A stretch of DNA of 64,000 nucleotides from Chiloscyllium plagiosum (lineage: Eukaryota), in assembly GCF_004010195.1 (NCBI RefSeq), contig NC_057718.1, positions 88,802,229 to 88,866,228 on the forward strand, written 5' to 3'. Under the pieces are notes generated by a model. That model saw nothing but the letters and a program-made list of their open reading frames with translations. It was not told the origin of the DNA and did no database searches. Below are positions 24,935 to 36,925 of this stretch, piece after piece (the stretch's first letter is position 1; every line of letters begins with the position of its first letter). The translations under genes and the position numbers were made by a program.

Positions 24935-25580
24935 GCTGATGGTTCCAGCTCAGAGGTTTCAATCCATCGTATCTGGGTCAAGAGATTGTTCAAGTCTCAC
25001 TCCAAAGACTCGTGCACTTGGTCCTGATGTTCCAGAGCAGGACTGAGAGAATGCTACGTTGCTATAGGTGCTGGCTTTCAGGTGAAGCATTAACTTGAAG
25101 CCCTATCTGTCCTTTCATAAAGGATTTAGTGATCACTGTTGGAGAATGGGAAGGGGAATTCTCCAAAGTGTTTTGACAATATTTATCCCTCAGGGAGAAA
25201 GTGAGGGCTGCAGATGCTGGAGATCAGAGCTGAAAATGTGTTGCTGGAAAAGCACAGCAGGTCAGGCAGCATCCAAGGAACAGGAGAATCGACGTTTCGG
25301 GCATAAGCCCTTCTTCAGGAAATTCCTGAAGAAGGGCTTATGCCCGAAATGTCGATTCTCCTGTTCCTTGGATGCTGCCTGACCTGCTGCGCTTTTCCAG
25401 CAACACATTTTCAATATTTATCCCTCAACCAACATCACTTTTATAAAAAAAGTCTAACTTAGTCATTATCCCTTTGCTGTTTGTAGGAGCTTATTGGAAG
25501 TAATTTAGTTGCTGTGTTTCCTCTATCAACTCAGTAATGGCTGCCGCTGACACAATGAAAGGTGCTTTATAAATGCAATT
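24935..25580 (+). mobile_element. Deu-domain SINE (SacSINE1/AmnSINE1-like), old; interrupted by a Penelope palindrome
   Basis: Degenerate gtgctgc..tg..ggtgc.gtctttcag.tga...ttaa...aggccc...caatatttatccctcaaccaacatca motif. Similar copies at ~24230-24600(-), 28540-28930, 37850-38160(-), 40110-40510, 45095-45390 and 51905-52530. Confidence 0.6.
25193..25411. mobile_element. Palindromic mini Penelope-derived element with hammerhead motifs on both strands
   Basis: Near-perfect ~90-bp inverted arms centred near 25321. 16-bp TSD CAATATTTATCCCTCA (25177-25192 / 25412-25427). Confidence 0.85.
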
Positions 25581-26065
25581 GTTTTTACCTCATGGGAATT
25601 TTCTCTAATTCTCTCAATGGACATATCGATCTATGAATGAAGCATTGATTCCATGTCTAAGGCAAAAGAGGGACTGTGCCACCAGGTAGCGGTGTTCTCT
25701 CATTAACGTTCGGAGTTTTTTACCTGTTCAATGCAACATGTGGCTTGCCGTCTTTCATGTCTAGTGTCCCTGGTAATTCAGCTCTGAATAATTATTGCTT
25801 GTCTTTTAGTTACAAGGTTACAAAAGATTGAGTGTTGAGTTAGTGTATACTATCACTAAGCGAGGATTTATAACTTCCTGGTGACAATCCAAATTAACTC
25901 AAATTTGTTTTGAACTTGTATTCCAGACTGAGATTTTAAAATTGAGCTCATCTGGATCTCTGCCATCTAATCTCTGTCCCTCAATTGACAGGAGTCTTTT
26001 TTTAAGGGGTATTATTGCAAATAAAAGTAATTTCTGTCAATGTAGCTCTGTTTGTATTTAGGTAA

Positions 26066-26275
26066 AGTCAGAAGTCACACGGCACCAGTTATAGTCCAAC
26101 AGGTTTATTTGAAATCACAAGCTTTCGGAGCACTGCTCCTTCATCAAGTGAAGTCTCCACTTGATGAAGGAGCAGTGCTCCAAAAGCTTGTGATTTTAAA
26201 TAAACCCGTTGGACTATAAACCCGTGGTGCAACTTTTGAGCTTCTCCACCCCAGTCCAACACCGGCACCTCCCAA
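26066..26275. mobile_element. Palindromic mini Penelope-derived element (second family)
   Basis: Inverted arms tagtccaac..tttattt.aaatcacaagctt..ggagcactgctccttcatcaagtg and its reverse complement. 13-bp TSD TGTATTTAGGTAA (26053-26065 / 26276-26288). Confidence 0.82.
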
Positions 26276-26649
26276 TGTATTTAGGTAACTTAATTATCTT
26301 CATTTTGAAAAGTAGGACAGGAGGTCAAGTTATGTTTGTGGTCGGGGTGGGGTGAGGGAAGTGTTGAGCAAGTGGTAAAGAGGTTTCTACCGAGTTCTTG
26401 TGAGATTAATTAGTTACTTATTAAGTCTCTTGGGTTTTGTTAATGTCACAAGCGAAAGAAGCTTCTCCACATTGACTGAATCAAACCTCTTTGTAACTTT
26501 AAAGATTTCTCTCCCTGGTCACCCCTCAGTGTTTTTATCCCCCCCCCACAGAGGACAGTCCTGATTTAATGGTATAACCTCTTAGTTCTAACACAATTGT
26601 TTCGGGCCTTCTTTGGTGGCTCAGTATTCTTCTTAGAAAGTGGCAGTGT

Positions 26650-27395
26650 CAAAGTTTGCAAATGACCTTGGAAGAATTGTGAACAGTAAGAAGGACAATG
26701 TGTTACACCAGACAAGTTAGTGGGTGGGAAAGGTGGTGGCACATGAAGTTCAATGCAGAGATGTATGATTGAAGGTGAGCAGGGTAGATAGACAGAGCAG
26801 TAAGTAAAGCAGAGTGTTCTCAACTTAATTAAGAAGGACTTCAAGTTCAAAAGCAAGGAGGCGCTTTGAATAAGACACTTATTAGACTTCAGCTGAAGTG
26901 CTGTGTACAATTCTGTGTTACAGGATTGATATGAATGAATTAGAGAGAGGGCAGAAGAGGATTACAAGAATGGTGATGAGTCACTTCCGTTATGAGGATA
27001 GATTGAAGAAGCTGGTATTTAGTAAAATGCCAAGAGGAGATCTAATAGAGGTTTTAAATCTTCAATGGGCTGCAAGAGGTCGATCGAGAGAAAATGTTAC
27101 CGCTTTTAAAACTATCTAGAACAAGAGGGCATAGATTAAGAGTGATCTGCAATAAAATGCAAGAGTGAAGTGAGGCAAACTTTTTTCCATAGCAAGCAAA
27201 TTCACCAGGTATGGAATGCACTGCCTGGAAATGTGTTGGAGGCAGGATCAATTGAGGCATTGAAGAAGGCTTTGGATTAAAAAAATGCAAGGGTTTAGGA
27301 AAAGGCAGGAGATTGGCACTTGGTAATGATGATCATTTAAAGAAAATGTGGCCATGATGGGCTGAATGGCCTCATTCTGCACCACAATAACTCTG
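26650..27395 (+). mobile_element. Old, degenerate CR1 3' fragment
   Basis: ELERGQKRITRM...YEDRLKKL...RGDLIEV remnants and a CR1-like 3' UTR. Confidence 0.7.
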
Positions 27396-28985
27396 TGGTG
27401 TCTCCGGCAGCGCCAGAACTGGGTAGTGCCATGGACGGGGTCAACATGAATCCCAGAGAGAGGAAATTTGTGTAGTTGTTATTTGGGCTGAGGGGAGCCC
27501 AGGGAAGGGAGCCAGGGCTGGGAGGGACATGTTATGGAGGCAAGGATCTGGAGGACCATGGGCAGAGAGCAATACCTGTGAGTGGGTGGGGTTGCCAGAG
27601 TGCCCAGGCCCCCTCAATAAATGATGTGACTATTTTCAACAAGGTTGTGAAAGAAACAGCATTTACAGTGGCCCCTTTGCCACTGCCCAGCTTTTTATGG
27701 CCGTGGAAGTGACTTGAAGACCTTAAGTAGGGGGATAACTGGGCACTTAAAGCACTCAATTGGGATAAGGTGGGCACCTTTATGTGCAGGAGGTCAGGTG
27801 TGAGCAAGAAAGCCACCTGACATTGTTTGCTTCCACCGATAACATGCCTGGTGGGGGGATTGGGGGTAAATAAAATCCAGCCTGTGGAGAACAGAACACG
27901 ATGCACTATTTTTAAAAATTTTGAATTTAAAACCTCTGAAATATTTTCATACGTCTTTAAATGTAAACCATTCCCTTTGTGCTAAGTCGATTGTTTCAAA
28001 GGTTACTGTGACCAATTCGATCTTTGTTTATGCCTTGGGAAAGACAAAAGAAACACCAAAATCTGGTTTGACTACAGGTTGTAAGTATTATACGGACGTT
28101 GTAAATTTGACTGGAGGAATCGGTTCCTGTTTGGGTCGAGATGAAGTGATTACATTGAAACGTCAAACAATGTTGTTATTGTCAGGAGATTTTGATTCTA
28201 TTGGAAGTATTGATCCAACTCTAGGGAAAGCTTTGTGCTTGATCATTCAGTTCCACGAGGCCGGGGAGCTGCTGCTTAAGTGTGCCATACCCACCCAGAG
28301 AGGGAAGGTGTACAATGTCAAACATGGATCTGTTTGGCCCTCGTCCATTTCCTCTAGTGAATGAAATTCATTGGGAGTGGGGACATTGGATGACACAATG
28401 GAATTGTACATCTCTTCCATCTTTACCCTCTTTTTGCGCATCAAGTGTTCTGATTGTTCGAGCTAACCCATGCCTGTAATGAGTGTAGGCCCAAGCTTCA
28501 TTCTTGGCCAGTGTTAGCAAACACTGTACTGACTGCATTTGGTCGTAGGAGCTCATGGTATCACACTAGTTTCAGAGTCCGAATGTTGTGGACTTGAGCT
28601 TCATTCCAGAACATCTAGGCTTACACTTCAATCTGGTGCTGAGGTTTCAGGTGCCATGCTAAATGGCGGTCCATTATGTCCTCTCGGATGGATGGGAAAG
28701 ATCTATTCAAAGCCAAAGTGGATTGTACTCCTCAGTATTATGACCAATATTTACCCCTTAACCAACATCATTGAAAGAGATCGCCTAGTCCTTCTCTCAG
28801 TACTGCATGTGGGAACTTGCTCTGTGCAAATGGCTGTAGCCTTTCATACATCACAATGGCGATTGTATTTCAACACCTATTAATGAACCTGGTTCAATTT
28901 GAGGTATTGGGAATTGTGAAAGGTGCTTTTAGAAGTCTGAGTAATCATGGTAACTAGAGCCTAACATTTTGAACATTGCTGAATT

Positions 28986-29820
28986 AGAGTCATAGAGTCA
29001 TAGAGATGCACAGCATGGAAACAGACCCTTCGGTCCAACCTGTCCATGCCGACCAGATATCCCAACCCAATCTAGTCCCACCTGCCAGCACCTGGCCCAT
29101 ATCCCTCCAAACCCTTCCTATTCATATACCCATCCAAATGCCTTTTAAATGTTGCAATTGTACTAGCCTCCACTACTTCCTCTGNNNNNNNNNNNNNNNN
29201 NNNNNNNNNNNNNNNNNNNNNNNNNNNNNNNNNNNNNNNNNATCCTCCAACCCTGGTAACATCCTTGTAAATCTTTTCTGAACCCTTTCAAGTTACACAA
29301 CATCTTTCCCACAGGAAGGAGACCAGAATTGCACGCAATCTTCCAACAGTGGCCTAACCAATGTCCTGTACAGCCATAATATGACCTCCCAACTTCTGTA
29401 CTCAGTACTCTGACCAGTAAAGGAAAGCATACCAAAGTAAAGGAACACCTTCTTCACTATCCTATCTACCTGCGACTCCACTTTCAAGGAGCTATGAACC
29501 TGCACTCCAAGGTCTCTTTGTTCAGCAACACTCCCTAGGACCTTACCATTAAGTGTATAAGTCCTGCTAAGATTTGCTTTCCCAAAATGCAGCACCTCAC
29601 GTTTATCTGAATTAAACTCCATCTGCTACTTCTCAGCCCATTGGCCCAGATCCTGTTGTAATCTGAGGTAACCTTCTTCGCTGTCCACTACACCTCCAAT
29701 TTTGGTGTGTTCTGCAAACTTACTAACTAAACCTCTTATGCTCACATCCAAATCATTTATATAAAAGATGAAAAGTAGAGGACCCAGCACTAATCCTTAT
29801 GGCACTCCACTGGTCACAGG
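28986..29820 (-). mobile_element. CR1/HER1-type LINE 3' fragment (contains gap 29185-29240)
   Basis: MEFNSDKREVLHFGKAN...LYRTLVRPLLEDCVQFWSP; (AGAGTCAT)n tail. Confidence 0.9.
29185..29240. other. Assembly gap (N run)
   Basis: Run of n characters. Confidence 1.
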
Positions 29821-30044
29821 TGGTACCAGCTCTCTATGTCTCTGTCTCTCTCTTTCCTCTCTCATGCTTTCTCTCTCAGTGTCTCTCTCTGCACTGAATG
29901 CAATTAGTCCATTAATGCCAGTAGGAATGACTGAAATTGGAGACATACTTGTGAAAGGAATTTGTAATATGCTAAATAACAGACAGAAAGGTTTTTTTAA
30001 TTGGAACAGTGATATGGTGACACTAATTAGGTGATAAAGGGATT

Positions 30045-30700
30045 TATTGCTGCTAACAGATGTCTCGGTTTGGAGAAAACATCAAAATGGGAGAAGGTTC
30101 TCCTGGGACTAACAGATGGTTTGTAGTGGAATTACCCAGAAGTCAGTATTTGAACCCTTGCTTTTCTTGATATATATTAATAATGTGGATATTGGTGTGC
30201 AGGGGGAAATTTCCAAGTTTGCAAACGACACTAAACTTGGAAGAATTATAAACTCTGAGGAGGACATGTGTGGAACTCCATAAGTACAAGCTGGTGGATT
30301 GGACAGATAAGTACCAGATGATGTTTAATGCAAAGAAGCATGAGGTAATGCGATTTGGTCAGAAGAACGCTGAAAGACAACAGAAAATAGTGGGTACAAT
30401 TCTAAAGTGAGTGCAGGAGTGGAGGGATCCGGGTGTATATGGCATAGACCATGGAAGGTGGCAGTGCAGGAGGGAAGAGAGAGAGAGAGAGAGCAGTAAT
30501 TAAAGCATACAGTTTTCTTGGCTTTGCTAACAGAGGCATAGAGTGCGAAAGCAGAGAGGTGATGTTGAACTTGTACAAGACATTTGTTAGACCTCCGATG
30601 GAGGATTGTATATAGCTCTGGATTCCACATTATTGGAAAAATGAGAATGCATTGCAGAGGGTACAAAGTGATTTACTAGAATAGTTCCAAGTATGAGAGC
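30045..30700 (+). mobile_element. Old CR1 RT fragment
   Basis: ttccaagtttgcaaacgacactaaacttgg (KFANDTKLG) and a LYKTFVRP-like remnant. Confidence 0.72.
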
Positions 30701-32504
30701 TCTGGGGATTGAATCTGATAGGAGCAGCTGCATATTCATCACATACCAGGTTCTGGGAAAGTTGTCCAGATTAAGGTGGAAATGGGAAGAGATCTATACA
30801 CCTATTGGTTGAGTAGAATAGGTAGGTGACATTGTAACTGACATCCTTTTATTGACATACAGCCAGCCATCTTACGTATCAGACTCAGATCATTGTATAA
30901 CTCTTAGATGTTAATGTCCACAGCAGATCTACTGCCTGCAATCAACTGCCTGAAACTGTTACCAACATTAGTAACAGGGTGTTGCTATTACTGTTTCCTG
31001 ATTTGCGTAGCCGTTTGCCTGTTCCTGCTAGTTATATCTTCCTCACATTGAGGATTTGGTAAGTCTCGCAAATAATCAAAGCCTTATTTGTAGTTTTTGA
31101 AAATGATCTTGTCTCCTGCTGTAGCTCCGTGGCCGCATTCCTGTTGCTGAGCTCTTTAAGTACTACCAGAGCCTCCTTCCCATGGCCCTAGTTCCCTGTG
31201 AGTCCGAGCTTGCAGATACAAATGATGCAAGTGGGTAGGACCTCGTTGAGTTGCACGAATTCAAGCTGTGTGACTAATATCTGGGCGCCAGGCCCTTATG
31301 AATGCCGGTATTATTGTATAATTCTGTTTACTCCTGGGTAGGTGTTGAGTATCTAATCTCTGGTGCCAATCTATGGAGCTCAGTATTTGTCTATGGAAGG
31401 AGCAGTCTTGTTATACAGTTTGCTTAATGATGCACCGTGGTACATAAATGCATGATGAGCTTGCAGGGTACAATTAGCCTTTGAGAGACCAATTTCAGGT
31501 CATACCAACAGTTCAATGGCATCCGCACATTTGAACATCATGAGCCTCACTGAAAATCTTACAAATACAGGCTCAGAGCTTTGTCCACTGGGATCAGATG
31601 TTGGGCCACCCGCTATATGTTCATTCCGAGACCATCTGTATAACCGTTCAATAGGCGGGGATCTTAAAACCAACCCAGGAGTACCAGCAACTGCATAAAC
31701 GACCAGACAAAGAAATAGAAATGAGTTAGGGAAAGTGTCTGCACTGTTGATTATGTTCTGCTTGTGCCAAGTGCATATCAACTGGAACATCTTTATTAAT
31801 TGTCAGGTAACAATGGTCATTCAGAAGAAGTGATGGAGTCACTGAAACGCAAACATGCTCAGCATTATGTTGTGTCTGTGATGCAATGGAGGAGACTAGG
31901 TATTCAGTATTTGCACAGTATTATGGGGGTGGGAGTGCCCTCGATGTAGGTTATTAGCTGGACACAGCCCTGACTTCAGCCAATGCTTAAGTGCTTGTAA
32001 ATGCCACGAAAATATTCCAAGCAGATTTAGAAGGAAAAAGCGAAATCTGCAGGCTTGAAACTTAAACAGAAAATGGTGTGTGTTTGGCAGCTCTCTGGGC
32101 AAAGAGCAGAGGGCAGGCAAATCTTTTAGCTATGTTACCTAGAATTGAAAATTGAATGATAAGCAGGCATCTTCGTAAAGTGGGGAAGATAGAGGAACAG
32201 TGCAGAGGGAGAAGAGAGAACCCACATATGCAACAATCATGCATGCAGCAAATGCATTCATGCTTTCAATTTTGCGCCAACTAAATTCATTGCTTATCCT
32301 TCAATCTTCAGTTCTGATGACACAGTACCCAGCCTTTTCTCCTCACTGATAGTTGCTGCTCCCATCATTCACCTGCAGCAGTAGTGAACTCAGAGCACAT
32401 ACACTGACTGTGGACGGGACTCCAATCATATAATTAGAACTTTACCAGCACTTAAATGATGACAGCGGATTCCATACACTTGGCTTGAATTTATTATCCC
32501 CTTA

Positions 32505-32653
32505 TGGTACTAGAAGAAAATGAGGACTGCAGATGCTGGAGAGTCAGAGTTGATAAAGCATGCTGCAAGACTAAAGAAGGGGTATGCCCGAAACATGAAC
32601 TGTCTTCTGCTTCTCAGATGCCTGACCTGCTGTGCTTTTTGCAGTGCCATGCT
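32505..32653. mobile_element. Mini Penelope-derived inverted insertion
   Basis: pLTR pieces in opposite orientations. TSD TTATCCCCTTA (32494-32504 / 32654-32664). Confidence 0.72.
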
Positions 32654-32791
32654 TTATCCCCTTAAGTTCAAGGACTTCAGCGGTGATCTAATTTAGGGTT
32701 TGATTGTATAAAGATATTCGACGGGATAGGTTCCAAGGTACTATATCCTCTGGATGCGTAAATTCAGACAAAGAGGCATGTTAAAATGAAA

Positions 32792-33024
32792 TAGGAGAAA
32801 GTGAGGACTGCAGATGCTGGAGATCAGAGTTGAGAATGTGGTGCTGGCAAAGTATAGGTCAGGCAGCATCCAAGGAGCAGGAGAATCGAAGTTTCGGGCA
32901 TAAGTCCTTCATCAGGAATGATCAGGAAACCTAATGAGGGGCTTATGTCCGAAACGTCGATTCCCCTGTTCCTCGGATGCTGACTGACCTGCTCTGCTTT
33001 TCCACTACTATACTATCAACAACG
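32792..33024. mobile_element. Palindromic mini Penelope-derived element with hammerhead motifs
   Basis: Inverted arms around 32915-32930. 14-bp TSD ATGTTAAAATGAAA (32778-32791 / 33025-33038). Confidence 0.82.
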
Positions 33025-33099
33025 ATGTTAAAATGAAAACAAACTATGGTGAGTAATTGGGATTCAGGATACAGAATAGCCATTGCATGGTGAGACAGA

Positions 33100-33836
33100 A
33101 CAGACGGAGTCATTTCATATACAGCTAGACAAGACCAGACTCCCTCAAAATATTCCTGGAAGGAAACCTAGACCCTAACTTTGTCTTATTTTAAAGGTAA
33201 ATGTGAAGTGTCTGTTCCAGATTCAATGCGACTGGTTAAACTACTCAACGTTAAGAAAACCACCATTTATTTAAATACCATAGTTAAAATACAATGAAAG
33301 AAAGAGGACTTTAGAATAACTTAACTCTACTGGCAAACTTAATAGAAACAGTAACTAATTAATGTTTCCAATATGGTAACATCCCATAAACACACCCCTC
33401 GGCAAAAACAAAATTCAACACAATTTCTTGCATGCAGTTCTCCCATCCAGGAGGGATAAACATCAAGGGAAAGTTCAGAGAGAATAGCAGCCAGAAGACA
33501 ATCACTGAAGCGAGTTTTGAGAAGATTTGTAGCTCAGGTTGAGGTTCTGGATGTAGGTTTGCTTGTTGATGAAAACGAATCTTCCAGCTCAGCGAGCATA
33601 CCTACATCCAGAATTCACTGAAGCATCCAACTCTTTTTGAGACCCCAATAGCTTCTGATGCTGCTCAGAAATCCTGGTCTGGGAGAGCTGGCCACACCCA
33701 TTCAGGCTGTTTTATTTAAAAAAAAACCAAGCTGTTTACTCACGAGGTCTTCAGTAGCCAGTTACTACCTGTGCCTTACAGTCTCTCTTCAAACAAAAAG
33801 GACAAAATAACCTCTTAAACTGACAGCATCATCACA
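33100..33836 (-). mobile_element. Probable solo LTR (unclassified); left boundary uncertain
   Basis: Minus strand begins TGTGATGATGCTGTCAGTTTAAGAGG, and minus-strand AATAAA-like signals are present. Composition resembles the other LTRs. Confidence 0.4.
33512..33614. mobile_element. ~100-bp mini insertion from the terminus of the Penelope family at 58172-58660
   Basis: Shares ttttg.agaagatttgtagctcaggttg.gg with 58171-58203. Internal inverted repeat ttctggatgtagg / cctacatccagaa. TSD TCACTGAAGC (33502-33511 / 33615-33624). Confidence 0.75.
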
Positions 33837-34119
33837 CTGATTAAGATGATAATGCACACAATTAGAGTAGATGGGCAGCTCCATCTTTATTGTCTTTTTG
33901 GGACACTAATGCACAGTGTGGTTTTGCTAGGTCATTGTTTTAAGTTTCCACCAATATTTACCTTGAAGCTTTATGTGGGAAATGCTGACTATCATGCCCT
34001 AGAACCTCAATGAAATATTCTTGCCCACTGGTGCTGAATAACCCATCAAAATGACATACGTCTCCAATTCCAAAGGGTGACGGTGAGCTTTAAATGTGTG
34101 CTTCTCATGTCTTTCCCAG

Positions 34120-34320
34120 ACAGTGTCACGGTTGGAAGAGAATGTGACCAAACTGACCGAGCAACTGGAGAGGCAGGTGGATCTGCACCAAGCTGCACTG
34201 CAACGTTGCACCAAGGCAGATCTGGGACTTTCAGAACTTCAGGAGAGAGTTCGAATCCTGGACGGAAACCTGCTAAGCGGAGATGTGCTGTGTGATACCT
34301 TGAGCCAGGACAAACAGAAA
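34120..34320 (+). CDS. CCDC170: CCDC170 internal coding exon
   Basis: tttcccAG acceptor, AAA|GTAATG donor, 201 nt. Peptide TVSRLEENVTKLTEQLERQVDLHQAALQRCTKA...LLSGDVLCDTLSQDKQK. Confidence 0.92.
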
Positions 34321-35537
34321 GTAATGGGTTCTGCTGGACCAAGTTTGTTTGATTGTTTCAGCATCCAATTTGCTTTGATAACACCAAACAGAAAGCTTTG
34401 ACACTTGTCCTGGTTTGCCCCCAACAGATTGGGGCTCCTTTCGGCTTTCCTCCAACCTCCACTCTTTCCTCCTTTGTGTTAGCAAGCCTCCTCTTTAACC
34501 CCGAGGGGCAGGACATTTCAGATTGCAAAGTTCCCAGCTTTACTCATGGCCCCCTACCATACGAGTTCGCTAACTCCCATAAACCATCTCCTCTCCTGCT
34601 TCAGCTAAGGCCTCTTAGAACTGTCGCAAATGAAGGTTGGCAAATTCAAATGTAGGTACCAGGATTAAAACTGAGTGCCAAGGGCTATGCCAGTGTTCGA
34701 CTGCCCATGCTTTCAAACTGCTCTAGGTTTCCTCTCTGGGATATCATGCTCAGTAGCAGCGGTGTGTACCATCCACAAGATGCATTGCAGAAGTTCACCA
34801 AAGAGCTTTAGACAACACTTTCCAAACCCTCAACCACTTCCATCTAGAAAGACAAGGGCAGACCCAGGAACACCACCACCTGCAGGTTCCCCTCCAAACC
34901 ACTCACCATCCTGACTTGGGAATATATTGCTGTTTATTCAGTGTTGTTGGAACAAAGTCCTGGACCTCCCTCCCTAAGGGAATTGTAGACCTACCTATAG
35001 CATGTCGACGGCAGCAGTTCAGGAAAGTAGCTCACAACCACCTTCTGAAAGGCGACTGGAAATGAGCAATAACTGCTGGCCCAAGCCAGTGACACCCACG
35101 CCCCACGAATGAATTAAAAAGTGTTCTGAATCCAGGAAACTGTGTGAGCATTGAGTAGAGTATTGACAAGTATTTTGCAAAGCTGGATTGCCAGCTAAAT
35201 TATGGTTTTTCTTTTAGAATGGTTGGTTCTCTTACTAAGGCACAATCTTCTTTGGTTATCAAGACAGAATAAAAATGGCTATGCCCTCACCCTGACCCAA
35301 TCCCTTGAACTCATCTAGTGAAGTGCACAGATGCTGGGGCCTGAGGCTGTGTTTGAGGATATGGTGTTTGGGTTTAAGCATAACTGTAACTAAAAAGGAG
35401 CCCAGATTTAAATATGGATTGATGTGAGCATTAAACATGGAATAATTTATCTGAATGTTTCCATATCTTCATTTGAAAGACTAAAATGTGTTTGCAAATA
35501 AATGCATGCAAAGTAACTCTGTTCATTCTCTACAAAG

Positions 35538-35711
35538 TATCTGAAGTTCTTGGAGGACATAGCGGAGAGGATGAAACTGGAGAGGGTGACAGCAGAGATT
35601 GGCTTTGATATGCAGCTGGATGCAATTCTTGCCCGGGCTGATCAGCTGGTTAAAATGGAGAATGAGGCCATTGTTGAGAACAAGACCCTTACATACAACC
35701 TGAAGAGAAAG
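35538..35711 (+). CDS. CCDC170: CCDC170 internal coding exon (absent from the ORF track)
   Basis: tacaaAG acceptor, AAG|GTAGAA donor, 174 nt. Manual translation YLKFLEDIAERMKLERVTAEIGFDMQLDAILARADQLVKMENEAIVENKTLTYNLKRK matches recalled YLKFLDQLSQKMKLDQMAAELGFDMRLD. Confidence 0.93.
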
Positions 35712-35997
35712 GTAGAATAATCAGAGATTTACAACTCTTCTTATTGTCAAATTAATCTGACTGATGGTAAATCTGTCACGTGATCTATTAACATTACAAG
35801 CAAGCAAAAATTTAACAGATTCCTTAGTTATGATTCTTCTGCATTCTAACAACTCGAGCTCTCACTCATCCATTCAATCTTCTTCCGTTATCAACCTAAT
35901 ACAACTTACTTTACCATACCCTCTCTTGCTTTACCCAACCTACCTGTCATAATCCCCATCTGTCTGTCTATCTATCCAACCATCCATCCTCTTATTG

Positions 35998-36925
35998 TTC
36001 AGGATGTTGGTGAGGCCTCTTCTGGAATACTGTGCCCAGTTTCAGTCACCCTGTTATAGGAAGGATTTTATTAACCAGGAGAGGGTTCAGAAGAGATTTA
36101 CCAGGATGTTGCCAGGAATGGAGGGTTTGAGTTATAAGGAGAGGCTGGCTAAGCTGGGGACTTTTTTCACTTGAGCGTAGGAGGTTGAGATGTGACCTTC
36201 TAGAGGTTTATAAAATCATGAGGGATATAGATAAGGTAGGCACCTTTTTCCTAGAGTGGTGGATAACAAGACGAAAAGGCATATTTTTAAGGTGAAAGGA
36301 GAACGATTTTAAAAAGATGTGAGAAGCAATTTGTTTTACACTTGCGTGTGGAATGAACTTCCAGAGGAAGAGGCTGAGGGGTGACCTCATAGAGGTTTAT
36401 AAAATCATGAGGGGCGTGTATAGGATAAATAGACAAAGTCATTTCCCTGGGATGGGGGAGTCTAGAACTGGAGGGCATAGGTTTAGGGTGAGAGGGGCAA
36501 GATTTAAAAGGGACCTAAGGGGCAACCTTATCATACAGAGGGTGGTGTGGGTATGGAATGAGCTGCTAGATGAAGTGGTGGAGGCTGGTATAATTGCGGG
36601 AATCTGGATGGATATATGAACAGGAAGGGTTTAAAGAGATATGGGCCAAGTGCTGGCAGGTGGAACTAGATTGGGTTGGGATATCTAGTCGGCATGGAAG
36701 AGCTGAACCGAAGATGAACCCAAACAGCTGTTTCCATGCTGTACATCTCTATGACTCTGTGACTCTAAGTGGGTGCAGGTACAGTTGCAACATTTAGAAG
36801 GCATTTAGAAAGGTGAGTGAATAAGGAATCTTTAGTGAGATATGGGCCAAGCTCAGGCAGGTGGGACCAGTTTAGTTTGGGACTATGGTCATCATGAATT
36901 GTTTGTTTCCGTGCGTATGACTCTA
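35998..36925 (+). mobile_element. CR1 3' fragment with a second CR1 3' fragment nested at ~36371-36765
   Basis: Two RLRGDL.EVYKIMRG copies. The outer copy resumes (aagtgggtgcaggtacag) after the inner copy's (GACTCT)-type tail. Confidence 0.82.

Noticed and set aside
25231..25413. DNA-transposon MITE or miRNA precursor interpretation of the long hairpins
   Set aside because: The arms are copies of the Penelope pLTR seen at ~18985-19115, the inserts are asymmetric, and TSD lengths vary, which is unlike a DDE MITE. There is no evidence for miRNA processing.
27921..28364. 147-aa ORF in non-repetitive intronic DNA
   Set aside because: No recognisable motif, non-ATG start, and the CCDC170 exons already join in frame without it.
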